Shown here piece by piece: positions 10,701 to 21,933 of a stretch of 64,000 bases of DNA. The position numbers and the translations under genes are program-made. The notes beneath the pieces are model-generated. The model was not told where the DNA came from. It searched no databases and worked only from the letters and a program-made list of their open reading frames with translations. This DNA is from Diplonema japonicum (taxonomy: Eukaryota; Protista; Euglenozoa: Diplonemea): assembly GCA_964019335.1 (NCBI GenBank), contig OZ025667.1:664273-728272 (forward strand), in the 5' to 3' direction. Each line of letters starts with the position of its first letter. The first letter of the stretch is position 1.

Positions 10701-12086
10701 AAGCACACCCTAAGGACGCTGTACCTGACGTACGTCCAACCGGTTCTGCGCTACTGTCTCGGTGCTTACGGCAACTTCGTGGGACATGCTGCTCTGGCCG
10801 AGTTCGACTCGCTACAATACACAGCAGCGAGGTTGATAACGGGATGCTTCGACAAGACTTCCGCGACGGTGACCAGGTCAGAGGCGGGCATCTGGGAGAT
10901 TGAATCCTTGCTGGAACACGACACCCTGGTGCTCTACGAGAAGGCACAGCGTCAACCGGGGACGACAGCGGAGAAGGCAACAAAGATATCCGGGGGTCAG
11001 ATGTGGTACGGGAAAAGCTGGCGAAACACCGCGCTCGACTTGGCGAAGAGTCACGGGATGCCGGAACGCGAAGACCTACCACACCACTCAGTCACTCAGA
11101 GCGCAGACCTGCAGCTCCCTCCATGGGTCCAACCCAAAGTCCTGTTCCACCCCGACCTAGTCCGCAAGGTACACAAGAAGGACGAAAAAAGTCTCAAACT
11201 CCGAGCGGCCTTCGAATCGATCAGGAGGCACGGCATCCCAGATGTGATCGTCTACACCGACGGGTCAGTCACCGGACACAGGAACGGCGGTTCGGCAGCT
11301 GTGATAAGGATCGGGTCTGACACACCGAAGCAGGCTCGCAAGAGCGGAGGAGCAGTGACTTCGGCCTACCGATGCGAACTGAAAGCGCTGAACCTGGGGC
11401 TGCAATGGACACTGTACCATACCCGGAGACAAGGTGTGACGACCGGAGTAGTGCTGCTGTGCTCGGACTCCCAGTCGGTGATCAGAAGACTGATGCAGGG
11501 CCACAGAGAGATGAGGCAGAAGGAGGAACTGCTGGCTTGGAAATGGCTGGACGCGCTTGACCGCCAAGGCCTCTCCACCATCATCCAGTACGTTCCCGGA
11601 CACTGCGGCCTACCAGGTAACGAGCAAGCCGACCGACACGCCAAACGCGCCGCAAAGGAGTCGACACCGGACGGACCGACGGACCTGATGACCACAAAGA
11701 GCCTCATCAAGAGGTCGGTGAACCGCGACTGGGCAGCCTCGTGGGAGAAGACGGGTCGGGACAAGAAGTACCGAGAGGAGATCGGCGCGAGGTACCTCCC
11801 CTTGAAGGAACTGTCCTGCAGACACGATGAGGTACAGATAACGAGACTGCGAACGGGCAGGAGCCACCTGACTTGCGGTTTCCTGTCGAAACCCGTCCAG
11901 AATGACTTACGTTGCCTCTCGTGCCATTCGATCCAGGACAGACACCATCTGCTGATCGGGTGCCCAGCTGGAGACAAGGTCCGCGAAGAGATCTTCGGGG
12001 ATGACATCCCCACGACCACGAAGGAGATGCTCACAATGAGGGTGAGTGAAACCGCCTCCTACCTGAAGAGGATGGACCTCATCTGA
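7761..12086 (+). CDS. Retrotransposon B ORF2: 2A-like peptide, APE endonuclease, RT, RNase H, C-terminal Cys/His motif
   Basis: GDIEANPGP; LNVRSL/LLQET/GDMNAH/SDH (APE); YADD RT; YTDGS/SDS/VPGHCGLPGNE.AD RNase H; CLSC..H...C. Uninterrupted 1441 codons; true start unclear because the first ATG is at 8733. Confidence 0.92.
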   Translation: MKASTKGRAISFNTPFTPFPTPSLTPCPYSQTPNTTPHLNEDEVLPSLSSPGSWGDRKGSTSSPHHHPSSFPLSTHNSSPNKHSQTPVTGDEVLPSIQRPGPRGDHTGNLHIRRNPAASGPHGKHLLSCGDIEANPGPTTEKTTRVEHSLPPVPSTSSLSQAHSNTAPPPNNINVLSLNVRSLTVSTTAQLLKGIETHNIDVLLLQETFLRPSKDITGVFTGFKAYRRDRTRPVKRGKQISGGGLVTLVRESIPSKQIEVLQKPSDVTERLDVEISLPNRKPYRLVNLYLPPTTGRDGDDRPPPEKYFRPAELPHDSYTIIAGDMNAHHTMWDKRGTPNKLGEILHSWMLRWGYSTWNKSSEATILNPSGNPTSPDMVMSGAEFDKSSWRTLPAMGSDHVPMFFSLRGGVSQPTRRVLYSWGKEARSAYRETMEEKCSRLLRARDPIRLNAEFRTLLLSATESCVPRKGQKKGKVWWNDEIDALARRRSTLKAKLLSEDHDGNDEDLARLAAMEAELDRAITSGKQAAWGDYTKKLSKDGNLTQAFSVIRRFDGRSEKPPIAPLRRGNGIATTDREKASVLVEHYARACSPRTTAKSEEVITTIKKDAKPGTDNDFPLVTKDELDSVLRRLKKGKAPGPDGIYNEMLKYLGPVAREVQLLLYNSSLQTGVVPAEWRRSSIIPLMKKGKDQSEPASYRPIALTSNIVKTLERIVKDRMCFLQDTGRVRQLHTSQAGFRKGRSTEENVLYAASKLKSVRLSQGLGGLLLFDFKGAFDTVWHKGVIAKLIGDGYPPKLVKWITSFLDQRKASVCVNGEHGCVKTMTGGVPQGTILAPQLFSIYVNDLARLYRKAGIDAVVYADDIAIVLEAGSPAELNKKVQRAVSLTERWCETFSMKLSQEKTEFMPVEGQFWNSHDSLANLINARFPSSGAKVKVVREAKYLGVTFDESMNFHEHVQKVKGKINSRLRLLRKLAGTRWGCRKHTLRTLYLTYVQPVLRYCLGAYGNFVGHAALAEFDSLQYTAARLITGCFDKTSATVTRSEAGIWEIESLLEHDTLVLYEKAQRQPGTTAEKATKISGGQMWYGKSWRNTALDLAKSHGMPEREDLPHHSVTQSADLQLPPWVQPKVLFHPDLVRKVHKKDEKSLKLRAAFESIRRHGIPDVIVYTDGSVTGHRNGGSAAVIRIGSDTPKQARKSGGAVTSAYRCELKALNLGLQWTLYHTRRQGVTTGVVLLCSDSQSVIRRLMQGHREMRQKEELLAWKWLDALDRQGLSTIIQYVPGHCGLPGNEQADRHAKRAAKESTPDGPTDLMTTKSLIKRSVNRDWAASWEKTGRDKKYREEIGARYLPLKELSCRHDEVQITRLRTGRSHLTCGFLSKPVQNDLRCLSCHSIQDRHHLLIGCPAGDKVREEIFGDDIPTTTKEMLTMRVSETASYLKRMDLI

Positions 12087-12131
12087 GACTCTCACGACCG
12101 CCGAGCCGCTGACCGCAATCGCAGGACGTAG

Positions 12132-12170
<39 letters not shown>

Positions 12171-12717
12171 AACAGAAAAAAGTGAACCAAAAAGTACTAG
12201 TGAACCCTCTCCCCCTCCCCCTGTGTTTCCCATTATTACCCTGTCGTGCACCCCAACTTCTGTCTTCACCTTTCCCCGCCCCTTCACACATCCCCCCGTA
12301 TCATTTCCCTTTGTTTTGAATTTTCTAAGGCTCCGCCGCCCAACAAAGCTGGCTGAAGGGGATGCCTCCGTGCCAGTGTGCCGCTCGTGAGGGCGAGCAC
12401 GGACGAGGTACCCCACTCCTCAAAAACCCGGAGGTTCGCCCGAAGGGTGCTGGCTTGGGAAGCGGGCTGGAGAGCTGCCGGGGTCACGGAGGTGGGCGAA
12501 GTCGCGAACACTGGAGCCCACGAACCGGCCCCACCTCCGTCCTCGGTACGTATGGATAGTTTAGCGGAAGTTTCAAGGTTATCACATTCCTTTCCTTTCC
12601 CCCTTTCGTTAGATACAGGGAGACCCTTGGTCCACCTGTTCTGTCCCCCCCCCCAGCCTTTGCTTCGCACGTCAGTGGTTCATTTATTATTATTTATTAT
12701 TATTAAAATTGGGCGTG

Positions 12718-12902
12718 GGATCGATCGTGGTCTAGTTGGTTAGCGCATGGGGAAGCCTTCTAGTAGCGTCGGTTCAATTCTCCCAGCAGCCCGTTAGGCT
12801 AAGGCCGTCTCTGGAACAACTACCATGTCGGCGTGGGGCTGAACAACGCAGGCCGGACCTGAAGCGAAGTCGATATGGAAGCTGCTGGAAAAAAAAAAAA
12901 AA
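12718..12902 (+). mobile_element. tRNA-headed SINE-like element
   Basis: A box TGGTCTAGTTGG 12728-12739, B box GGTTCAATTC 12771-12780, no acceptor stem; 3' stem CCAGCAGC/GCTGCTGG; poly(A) tail; TSD AATTGGGCGTG at 12707-12717 and 12901-12911. Confidence 0.75.
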
Positions 12903-12913
12903 TTGGGCGTGTA

Positions 12914-12995
12914 GCGGACGTATCCAAGCGGTTAAGGAGGTGCACTCGAAATGCATTGGGCTCTGCCCGCGCAGGTTCAAATCCTGCCGTCCGCG
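12914..12995 (+). tRNA. tRNA-Ser(CGA)
   Basis: Near-identical to the 2489-2570 gene (D-loop differences); followed by an oligo-T terminator. Confidence 0.95.
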
Positions 12996-13036
12996 GTTTT
13001 TTTTTCTTCTGTTTTTTCTTTCTTCCACTTCTGCAG

Positions 13037-13129
13037 GATTTGAAACGACATGGTGTTCAATCGCTTGTTCGCGTCTGTGCTCCGACATACAAGGAAGAAG
13101 TCGTGCGGAATCATGGCATTGAGGTTTAT
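13037..13129 (+). CDS. PTP4A: PRL/PTP4A phosphatase, exon 2
   Basis: CTGCAG acceptor ends at 13036; DLKRHGVQSLVRVCAPTYKEEVVRNHGIEVY contains the PRL VRVC..TY motif; GTATGT donor at 13130; phase 0 on both sides. Confidence 0.9.
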
Positions 13130-13210
13130 GTATGTACCGAGTTGTTTAGCTTTGTTTCCATTTATTATTTTGTGCATGGATTTTAAAGAAAGGCTCGATT
13201 GAAATAATGT

Positions 13211-16200
13211 GAAATAATACGCACACACGCGCCAAGCAATTGTAAAGGACAACGCCGCCGCCAGGGCGAAGCGCACGCGCGAGGAGGTGGAGAGGAAGCG
13301 CGCAGAGGGGGTCACGCCGGTGGTGACACCCTCCCCCGGGCAGGGGAAGAAGGCGGCCAGAAGGGCCAGACAGAAGGCAGCAGCTGCTGACGCTGCCACC
13401 GCCGCCGCTTCGGGCTCCGACGACTCTGTCGTCTTAATTAGCGAGTCGCCGGGCGTTGCCACCTCGTTCACGGTCGACACGCCAGAGGTCAGGAGGGCGA
13501 GGATGAGGACTGCTGCCGCCGACACCACTGCTCCTGCACCTGCTGCTGCCAACACCACTGCTCCTGCACCTGCTGCTGCCGACACCACTGCTCCTGCACC
13601 TGCTGCTGCCGACTCCCCTGCTCCTGCGCCTGCTCCAGCCTCTACTGCAGCCGTGTGGTCTACTGCCGTCCTCACTGCCGCTGCCTGCGACACCGCCCTC
13701 CCCATGTCGGACTCTGACACCGACGAGAAGAACACGGCCCCCGCTCCCGCACCGGCCCCGGAGCCTCACTGGGATCTGGTCCCCGACACGTGGGACGCCC
13801 CCATCTACACCAACACTGCTCCCCCTGAGGAGGTGCCCCGCGCCGTCGTCGCTCTCGACGACCTCCAGCAGGTGGACGCGATTCGCACTGCGAGGCCCAC
13901 GGCCTCCCTGACCTTCGTCCTCTTGACGGAGGTTGCCGGTTCGACCACCCCATGCACCGTCATCGTACTCGCCGGCCAGCGTGCCGTGCACAAGGCCGTG
14001 CACACCTTCTCGGTCGGGTCGAACCCCCCCTCCTACACCCCACTCGCTTCTTTTGATGGCGGCTCTGAGGTAGTGTACGTCAGCGTGAAAGCTGACAGCG
14101 TGAACGCGGCGAAGGCCAGGGTTCGGGACCTCGTCGCGACCCAGGGCGTGGCGGTGGAGGAGCAGGCGATCTTCCGCCCGAAGAAGATCGACGGGAACGA
14201 GCCGCGGGCGCGGCACTGGAGCCACGAGGTGGGCCTCGGGCGACGGCTGCATGGTCAGGACGACCGAGCGGCGCGGGGGGTACACCTACGTGCCCATCGT
14301 AGCGGAGGGGAGGGCGGAGGCCTTCCAGCTGGCGAAGGCACTGGGCGGGTTGTCCCTGGGGGTGGCCCATCGCAAGGGTTGGACCGTGAGGTGCCTGCCG
14401 GAGACGGAGCAGCGTCTGAGGGAGGCCCTCGCCAAGCAGAGGACAAAGCGTCGGTACCTGCTCACCGGAGCCCCGCTATCTGTTACCAGGGCAGCCTTCG
14501 ACGGGATGATGGACCACATCGGTTGGAAGCCGTCGTCCATCAATCCGTGGTCATCTCCACCGAGCTCGGTTGCCCCTCCGCCACTTGGCACCGTGACTCC
14601 GGTCTCCTCTGCGGCTTCCCCGACCACGACACCTCCCCGTGACTCCCAGAAGAAGAATCCCGCACCGGAACCTGAGGTCCCGGCGCTCCTCGCGCTGATC
14701 CAGTCGATGCAGGCGACCATCGACGGTCTGCAGGCGACGGTCCGCGACCTCCAGGAGAAGATGGCAGCGTCACTTGGCGCGCCGGCGCCATCTGCAGACG
14801 GTGCTGGGCGGACGGCAGTTGCTGGGAAGGGCAAAGGCGGCAAGGCAGGGTCCAAGGCAGGGACGAAGGGGCACCAGGCGCAGGGCGTAAGCACGCCAGG
14901 CCCCTACCCGACATCGACGGAGCAAGGGGGCGGAAGGGGACGCGCCCAGTCGCTGGCTGGCGACTCTGCTACCCCCAACGGGGTCGGCCGTGGACGGGCA
15001 GCCTCTGTGGGTCCGGCCCCCGCCCCTGCCAATTGAAGGGGACCCGCTGAGCAGGGGGGGCGGCAGATCGACGACCACGCCCCCTCTCCTGGTCTCCCGC
15101 GCATACAGCCGAGGAGACACCTTCCACATCACTTGTACGACGTCCTCCCTTCCTTGATCCCTTCCTTACTTGAACGGATGTCGGCCAGGGACCTGCTGGG
15201 GCTGCTTGGGCTGGTTGAGACGAACCCCGGTCCACCTAAGAAGCTCCCACCCCCGAAGCCGAAGGGACTCAGGGTCCTGTCCTGGAACTGCAACGGTCTT
15301 GCCGCCAAGTGGTCAACCGTGTCCTACCACGCTGTCCTACTGACGCTGGATATCATTATGATCCAGGAGACACACCTTAGGGAGGGGCATGAGACACCAT
15401 ACCTGCCTGGATACACGTCCTACAGGAGGGACCGCACAACACCGGTGACGGACGGCTCTGCGACGAGAGGCGGTGGTGTCATCACGTATGTCCGTGACTG
15501 CCTTGCCTCGGAGGAAGCTCCTTTCGTACTCCCTGAAGGTGACAGTGTCACTGAGCGATTAGACGTGAGGATCTCCTGTGTGAAGCGCGTCCCGGTCACC
15601 CTCTCCAACGTGTACCTCACGCCTGTGAGTATAAGCAGAGGAACAAGGGACCCCGAGTACCTACGGCCGGGCAGCCTACCTGTGGGGAAGAACACGATCG
15701 TTGCTGGCGACTTCAACGCACACCACAGCTCTTGGGATGCCAACCGACGAGCCGACGCGGGACTCACCGCCACGCGTTCTGGACCTGGTGGTGGGACGTT
15801 GTGCGGAACTGGAGCCGAGGACGTTGGGGACGTGGGGCTCTGATCACAGCCCGGTTTCCTTCCACTTGCCGCTTGAGGACGCCTACTGCTCGGAGCGCCC
15901 CTGCCCTACCTGGAACTTCAAAAAGGCCAGGTGGGACGACTTCTCCGCGGCCGCTGCCGCCCTTCTGACCAAGATCGACACGAAGGGTCACATTGACTCC
16001 TTCACGAAGGAGGTAACAGAGGCTCTTCTGCATGCAGCTGACGACCACATTCCGCTTTGCGGAGTGCGACGAGGCCCGACCCCCTGGTGGACGGCCGAAC
16101 TCGAAGACGCTTTCGAAGAACGGAACGCCCTGCGGGATCGCTTCCTCAAGTCGGCTGAGACAGAGGATGACAGCGTAGCGGCGGTGTACAAGGCGAAGGT

Positions 16201-19200
16201 CAAAGAGGTGAATCAACTCTTGACCGAGTCGAAGCGCGCGGCCTGGGGTGAGATGGCGGCTGACCTCAGTCGGAGCAAGGACCTCGGGTCTGCGTTTAGG
16301 GCGGTGAAGAAGCTGGACGACACCGCAGACCGCACCTTCCCATTCTCGAGGGGAGGTTCGTGACGGACAAGGCGAAAGCCGACCGCCTGGGGGCTCACTT
16401 CGGCAAGCTCTACGGCCAGGGTGGTGATGGGGACGCGGCGGACGTAGCTCCTTCGACGAACGTGCTTGGGTGCCACGCCTTTACGGTGTATGATCTCACC
16501 CGCGGTCTGGGAAGGATGAAGACACGCAGTGCAGCGGGTGATGATGGCATCTTCGCGGAGATGCTTCTCCACCTCGACTAGCCCTCGCTCGGGGTTCTAC
16601 TTCTGCTCCTCAATCGCTCATGGCAGGCGGGGATTGTGCCGGGTGCCTGGAAGAAGGGGGTGATTGTTCCAGTGGCGAAGGCAGGGAAGGACGCCACGTT
16701 GCTTGCATCGTACCGTCCCATATGTCTCACTAGCTGTCTTTGTAAGCTGCTTGAGAGGATGATAGAGGAGAGGCTTACCTTTCTCCTAGACTCTAGCGCG
16801 TCGGGCGTTGAGGGTCTCCACGATAGCCAGGCTGGCTTCAGGAGGGGCCGCTCCACGGAGGAGCAGGTGGCGTCCCTGACCGGGTGTCTGTCGAGGAACA
16901 AAGACAGTCGGCGTCTGTCGGCTGCCCTGCTGTTTGACTTCTCATCTGCGTTTGACCTGGTTCAGCACGAAGCTCTCCTGGGCATGATGCGGAGGAAGGG
17001 GATCCCTGAGCCCTTCGTCGAATGGACGCGCTCCTTCCTCTGCGGTCGTACGGCGGCGGTCACGGTGGGTCGTTCGCGAGGGTCGACGACGAAGGTGAGG
17101 AGAGGGGTGCCCCAAGGGTCTGTGCTGGGACCCGTCCTTTACACCATCTACGTCGACGAGCTAGCCAGGTTGCTGGTTGGGATGGCGGACCTGTCGGTTC
17201 TTTATGCCGACGATGTTGCGGTGGTGGTCTCAGCCGGGCAGGGCGACCTGGCTGGTCTTGAGCGAGGGGCCCAGGCTGTGATGGACGCGGTTGAGGGCTG
17301 GTGTGGGAGACGGGGCATGCTGCTGAGCTCCAGCAAGTCGCAGGCAGTGTGCGTTCCCTATCAAAAGCGGCTTAAAGTCTACTTCTCTTCGTCGCGTGTC
17401 CCGCTTTGCCCGGGGGCCTTCCAGGACCCTGTCCTTAACCTTGGGGTTGGGGCCTGTGGGACCTTGTCTGGCGTCCGTGAGCTGTCTGGCTTTCGGGTCG
17501 TGGAGGCGGGTGGCAAACGGTCCTTCGACATTCCCGCTGCCATCCGGAGGTCCGACATTGGTTACATGGCGGCTCGCCCCCTACCTCTGTGTGGGTCGGC
17601 GAAGTATCTTGGGGTCACTGTAGACTCTGGGCTCACGTTTGACGAGCATGCGGGGGATGTCCTGAAGCGCGCTGACAAGAGGCTGAGGGTTCTAAGGCTC
17701 CTGTCGGGCACGGCCTGGGGGTGCAAGAAGGCCACGCTCCGATCTCTGTACCTCCGTACGTTCTCCCGCTACTCCGGTACTGCATGGGTGTTTACTTTGC
17801 CAGGCTCAGGGACAGCAGGGTGGAGGAGCTTGTCGGGCTCCACCAGAGAGCGGCGGTGCTGATCTCGGGTTGTTGGCACGGCTCGGGCACGGCGAAGGTT
17901 GTTGCTGAGGCAGGACTGCTACCCCTCCGACAGATGGCTGAGGGAGCTGCGGCGGTGTTGACGGCGAAGTCGTTCTGCTGGAGGACCTCCCCGGTTCACC
18001 GCGAGGTCCTTGAGCAGAAGCGGATGACCGGTATGGGCAATGGGTGGCTGCGTGCGGGTATCCTTGCGCTACGGCGCTGCGGACTGCAGGGATGGACGAC
18101 GCAGGAAGGCTTCAGGAAGTACGACACCTTCGAGCTACTCACTGCCTCGCCCAAAGTAGCACCGTGGCATGCGATCCTGGTGGAGTTCAGAACTGCCCTT
18201 CCCGGCAGGGTCACGCGTTCGTCGCCGGACGTGGATAAGCGGAAGGCGGCCGTGGAGGCTCTGGCTGCCCTTCCACCGGGTATCCATGCCTATACGGATG
18301 GTTCTGTCGTACGGGACCGCCAGAGGTGGAGGGGCGGTGCCGGGGTCTACTTGCAGCTCCCCCGCCCCCACGAACCCGTGTCCGAGAGCTTCGGCGTCAG
18401 CAATTTCTGCTCTTCCTTTCGGGCGGAGGGTCTGGCTGTCAAGGTGGCTCTGGACATGGTGGCTGCGCTCCGGAGCGAGCACCCCACGTTGGCAGACAGC
18501 CGGCTGTCGATCTGTACCGACTCGCTCTCTCTCCTTGATCAGCTGAGGGCAGGTCCTTCGCGGCAGAGGGAGAAGCTCGACCACGAGACCTGGGAACTGC
18601 TGCTGGCCGCGGCACGTGCGCAAGGTGCACCAGTCATTCTCCAGTTTGTGCCGTCCCACTGCGGGGTTCCTGGCAACGAGGCGGCAGACAGGCTGGCCGG
18701 GGGAGGCACGAAGCGCGAGCTGACTCGCCCCTCTCTCGACTACAGGTCGGTCAGGGCCCTGGTCCGTCGCCAGATTCAGCAGAGGTCTGCGGTCATTGTC
18801 GGGGAGGTGGCCCCGAGGTACGCGAGGGCCACGGGGCTCCGAGCGGCGTGCTTCCCCCAGTCCCTCCCCAGGCTAGCGGAGACGGTCATCTCGCGGCTGA
18901 GGGTAGGGCACTCGGCTCTCTTCTTTGGCTTCCTGCAGGCGGCTGGACCGAACAGGAAGAAGGCTGAGCTCAGCTGTCCAGCGTGTGGAGCACAGATGTC
19001 CAGGGAGCACGTTGTTGGGGGGTGCGCTGTGGTTGGACGGGGTTCGCTCGACGCTCCCAATGGACGCCCCTCGCTGGTGGAGTGCCTGTCAAAACGCGTG
19101 ACGCAGGTATTCACCCTTATCGCCGACTCTGGCTTGCTTGACTGGGCCAGATCCGGGGTCTTCACGTCGCCGTCTGCGGCAACAGCAGGTACCGCTGCCC

Positions 19201-20009
19201 CTTCGTTCATCCCGCCCCCGCCGGCTGTCTCCCTTGACGCCGGCCCTGCGGCCCCCGTGTTGCGCTGAAGTGAGTAGGGTGAGATCAACTTTTCAATTCT
19301 TTTAGTGCTTACGTTCCCTTCCCTTCTCTTTTCTTATGTTATCATCATCATCCGGCGTCTGGCCTTTCTCTTACCAGTATGCCCGTCCCCACTTTTAAAT
19401 TTTTAAATTTTTAAAATTAACATCCTCTTGTTGCCGTGTGCCCTGACATTGTAGTCAAAAACGGATGGCCCGACCTACTCTGAAGTTGCCCTGATGAGTC
19501 CTCTCATCTTCGCACGAACGAGTGTGGTACGGCCATCCCCTCCCCCCGCCTGCCGGAGTGCAGCGGGGAGAGCAAATACTTCCCCTATCATCCCCATGCG
19601 CACACGCACGCTCGCTTCCCCTTTTGATTTTGAGAGATTTTACTCTCACCCTTTCATGTTTCGCTCAATGGAGCAAATCCCTCTCGAGGGGGCGACCGGG
19701 GCCAGTTCCGGTCACCAGAGGTCCCAGTTGAGAAAAACTACGAACTGGGGTCAAGGTCCCCGTCCGAGTCACGTAGGTCTACGCGGCTTGGAATTAAAGT
19801 AATTCAGCCCTCTTCGGCTGTTCCAAACAGGTGCACGGGTTGGCGGAGTCCACAGCTCCATCTGATTGCAGAAGAACTGGTCTTCGCCCTCCCTGTAATA
19901 TTTCCATGCTTCCCTTCACCTTTCCCCTTCCCAGGTGTTGCTCCCCCATGGTGGCACCTATTGGTATTTTGAAAAAAAAAATTAATATTAAAAAAATATT
20001 AAAAAAAAA
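13211..20009 (+). mobile_element. Non-LTR retrotransposon family A copy 2 (near full length, defective)
   Basis: Frameshifted ORF1 (13218-15036), VETNPGP, APE (WNCNGL, IQET, GDFNAH), RT, RNase H. Nearly identical to 2677-6478 over the shared region; several frameshifts; A-rich tail followed by the target AATGTAAGCCTCTC. Confidence 0.92.
13521..13630 (+). repeat. 30-nt tandem repeat in family A ORF1 (DTTAPAPAAA)n
   Basis: GACACCACTGCTCCTGCACCTGCTGCTGCC repeated about 3.5 times. Confidence 0.85.
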
Positions 20010-20021
20010 TGTAAGCCTCTC

Positions 20022-20384
20022 CTCTCACTGTTTCCCATTTCCCCTTTTTATTTTCACACTCACCAATGATTCGCTCAATAGGAGCAATACCTCCCTGGGG
20101 GGCTTTCCGCCGGAGGTTCCAGCCAAAGAAGGACATCCAGCTGGAAGGTAGGCCCCCGTTTTTCTCTCACTTGACTGAGGGAATAATGTAATTCAGCCCT
20201 CTTCGGCTGTCCCAAAGCAGAGCACGGGTTGGTGGGGGACCAGGGCTCCTCCTGCTTGCAGAAGCCTGGTCCATTGCCCTCCCTATTTCCCCATGGTTTC
20301 CCTTCACCTTCTTTTCCCTTTTCTCAGGTGTTGCTCTCCATGGCGGCCCTGCATTGGTATTTTGAAAAAAAAAAAAAAAAAAAA
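20022..20384 (+). mobile_element. 5'-truncated 3'-UTR-only copy of a family A-related retroelement
   Basis: Shares GTAATTCAGCCCTCTTCGGCTGT...CAGGTGTTGCTC...ATTGGTATTTTG-poly(A) with the family A 3' end but is clearly diverged. Confidence 0.8.
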
Positions 20385-20386
20385 TG

Positions 20387-21844
20387 CTGTCTCTGCAGAC
20401 GAGTACAAACTGTGGCACGAGGTAGCGGAACTTGTAAAGAGAGGCCACAAAGTGGTCATACAGTACGTACCAAGTCACTGCGGATTCAAATGGAACGAGA
20501 TGGCGGACAAGAAGGCGAAGGAGACCTGCCGGGCAGTTGCCCACGAACAGAAGACCAGCATAGACATCGTGAAGTCACTGGTGAGAAAAAAGGTACTGGC
20601 GAACCACCTCCTCTTCTGGAAAAAAACGGGTGTCAAGGAGACATACCGAGAGCTTTTCGCAGGGAATTTCGAGAAGTTTGAAGAGCTAAACAGGGAACAA
20701 GAAGTTGCGATCATGAGGCTGAGAGTGGGGAAGAGCCCCCTCATGAGCGGGTATCTACTCAATCCCCCAGTCGGTGTGGTCACATGCCACCTTTCTTCGA
20801 TGCCTCAGACGCTGAGCCACCTCCTGAAAGAATGCCAGGACGATGGTAGAGCTGACCAGAGAAGTCAGATCTTCGGTTCCTCCCTTCCTTCGCTCAAGGC
20901 CCTACTGTCAACTGACGCCGGGAAAACCGTACAATTCCCGGAACAGCAGGGCCTGTTGTGACCGACCGTGGGATATAATCCCCTTTATGAATTATATTAT
21001 ATACTTTACTTATATACTTTTCTTTCAAATTATCCTGAGTTTGAAGCTGTACTGTTGTTATACGACTTCAGACAGCAATTGTTTCTAACTCAATCTCTCG
21101 ACTCTGGCTTCACTCCTATCCTTTCTTTTCACCTCCCTCCCCAGTGTCTTCCCTTATTTTCCATTACCAGGCCCCTGTCCCCCGCCCCCAGTGTTATTCA
21201 AATTTTTCACTCACCTTTCATATAGAAAGAAAAAAGAAAAGAAAAAAGAAAAAAAGAAGGACAGATGATTCAAGCTTCGGTGTACACGATCGAGCTTGAT
21301 TTGAATTCCTTTATTTTGAGAAAAAAAAAAAAAAGAAAGAAAAAAAAAAAAAAAAAAAAAAAAAGAAGAATAATAAAAAAAAAAAAAAAAAAAAAAACTG
21401 AAGAACGAAACTTAATTGAATTGAATTTATTGGCTCCCGAAAGCCCAACAAGTCCAGCAGACGGTGGAGTTTCACAGTCAGCTGGTTAATTTTTCACAAT
21501 TGAAACTCCTCCAAAGTTCTTAAAATCTGGGAGGTCGTCTCTTGTTACTAGAGGCGGCTAATGCCTCGAGACCCAGGTGCTGCCTGGTGGGTGGGATCGG
21601 TTTTATTTTATTACGAAAAGAGCGTGGTGAGGGGGTCCAAGTAATTTACAACAGGGAGCAGCGGACCAGGACCCCTCGACCAATGGCTCAGTAACAGAGA
21701 CTGCTTTTCACGAATCACTTTCAAACACCTCTCTTGGTTTGAAGTGATGTCCCTTTCCCTTTCCCTTTCCCTTGAATGGTTTTCTCTACTCCCCTTCGAT
21801 CCTCCCGCCTGGTAGTGGAATAATTATTATTATTTTTAAAAAAA
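20387..21844 (+). mobile_element. 5'-truncated retroelement family C (related to B): RNase H end, Cys/His motif, 3' UTR
   Basis: VIQYVPSHCGFKWNEMAD and IMRLRVG..LSHLLKEC; ends in (TAT)n-A immediately before tRNA-Tyr. Confidence 0.75.
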
Positions 21845-21850
21845 TGTAAG

Positions 21851-21933
21851 CCTCTCGTAGCTCAATTGGTAGAGCGCGCGACTGTAGAATATTAGCCATC
21901 GCGCGGCCGCTGGTTCGATTCCGGCCGAGAGGA
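21851..21933 (+). tRNA. tRNA-Tyr(GTA) with 10-nt intron
   Basis: CCTCTCG/CGAGAGG acceptor stem, CGCGA/TCGCG anticodon stem, CT-GTA-G then intron AATATTAGCC at 37/38, GGTTCGATTCC, T-run terminator. Confidence 0.93.

Larger units (their letters stand above)
6486..12706 (+). mobile_element. Non-LTR retrotransposon family B, full length, apparently intact, SL exon at 5' end
   Basis: SL (6486-6522), ORF1 6557-7777, ORF2 to 12086, ~620-nt 3' UTR ending in (TAT)n; TSD AATTGGGCG at 6477-6485 and 12707-12715. Confidence 0.93.

Noticed and set aside
12132-12168. Poly(A) as the 3' end of element B
   Set aside because: No TSD follows it; the TSD appears at 12707 after a (TAT)n tail, so this A-run is treated as internal to the UTR.
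12721-12790. Functional tRNA gene
   Set aside because: A and B boxes are present, but there is no acceptor or clean anticodon stem and no T terminator; it has a poly(A) tail and TSD, so it is called a SINE.
3067-19288. Numerous minus-strand and alternate-frame ORFs within the retroelements
   Set aside because: Shadow ORFs of GC-rich coding sequence with no motifs.
19491-19560. Hammerhead ribozyme (CTGATGAGTCC) in the family A 3' UTR
   Set aside because: No matching stem II/GAAA is found, and the other copy reads CAGATGAG.
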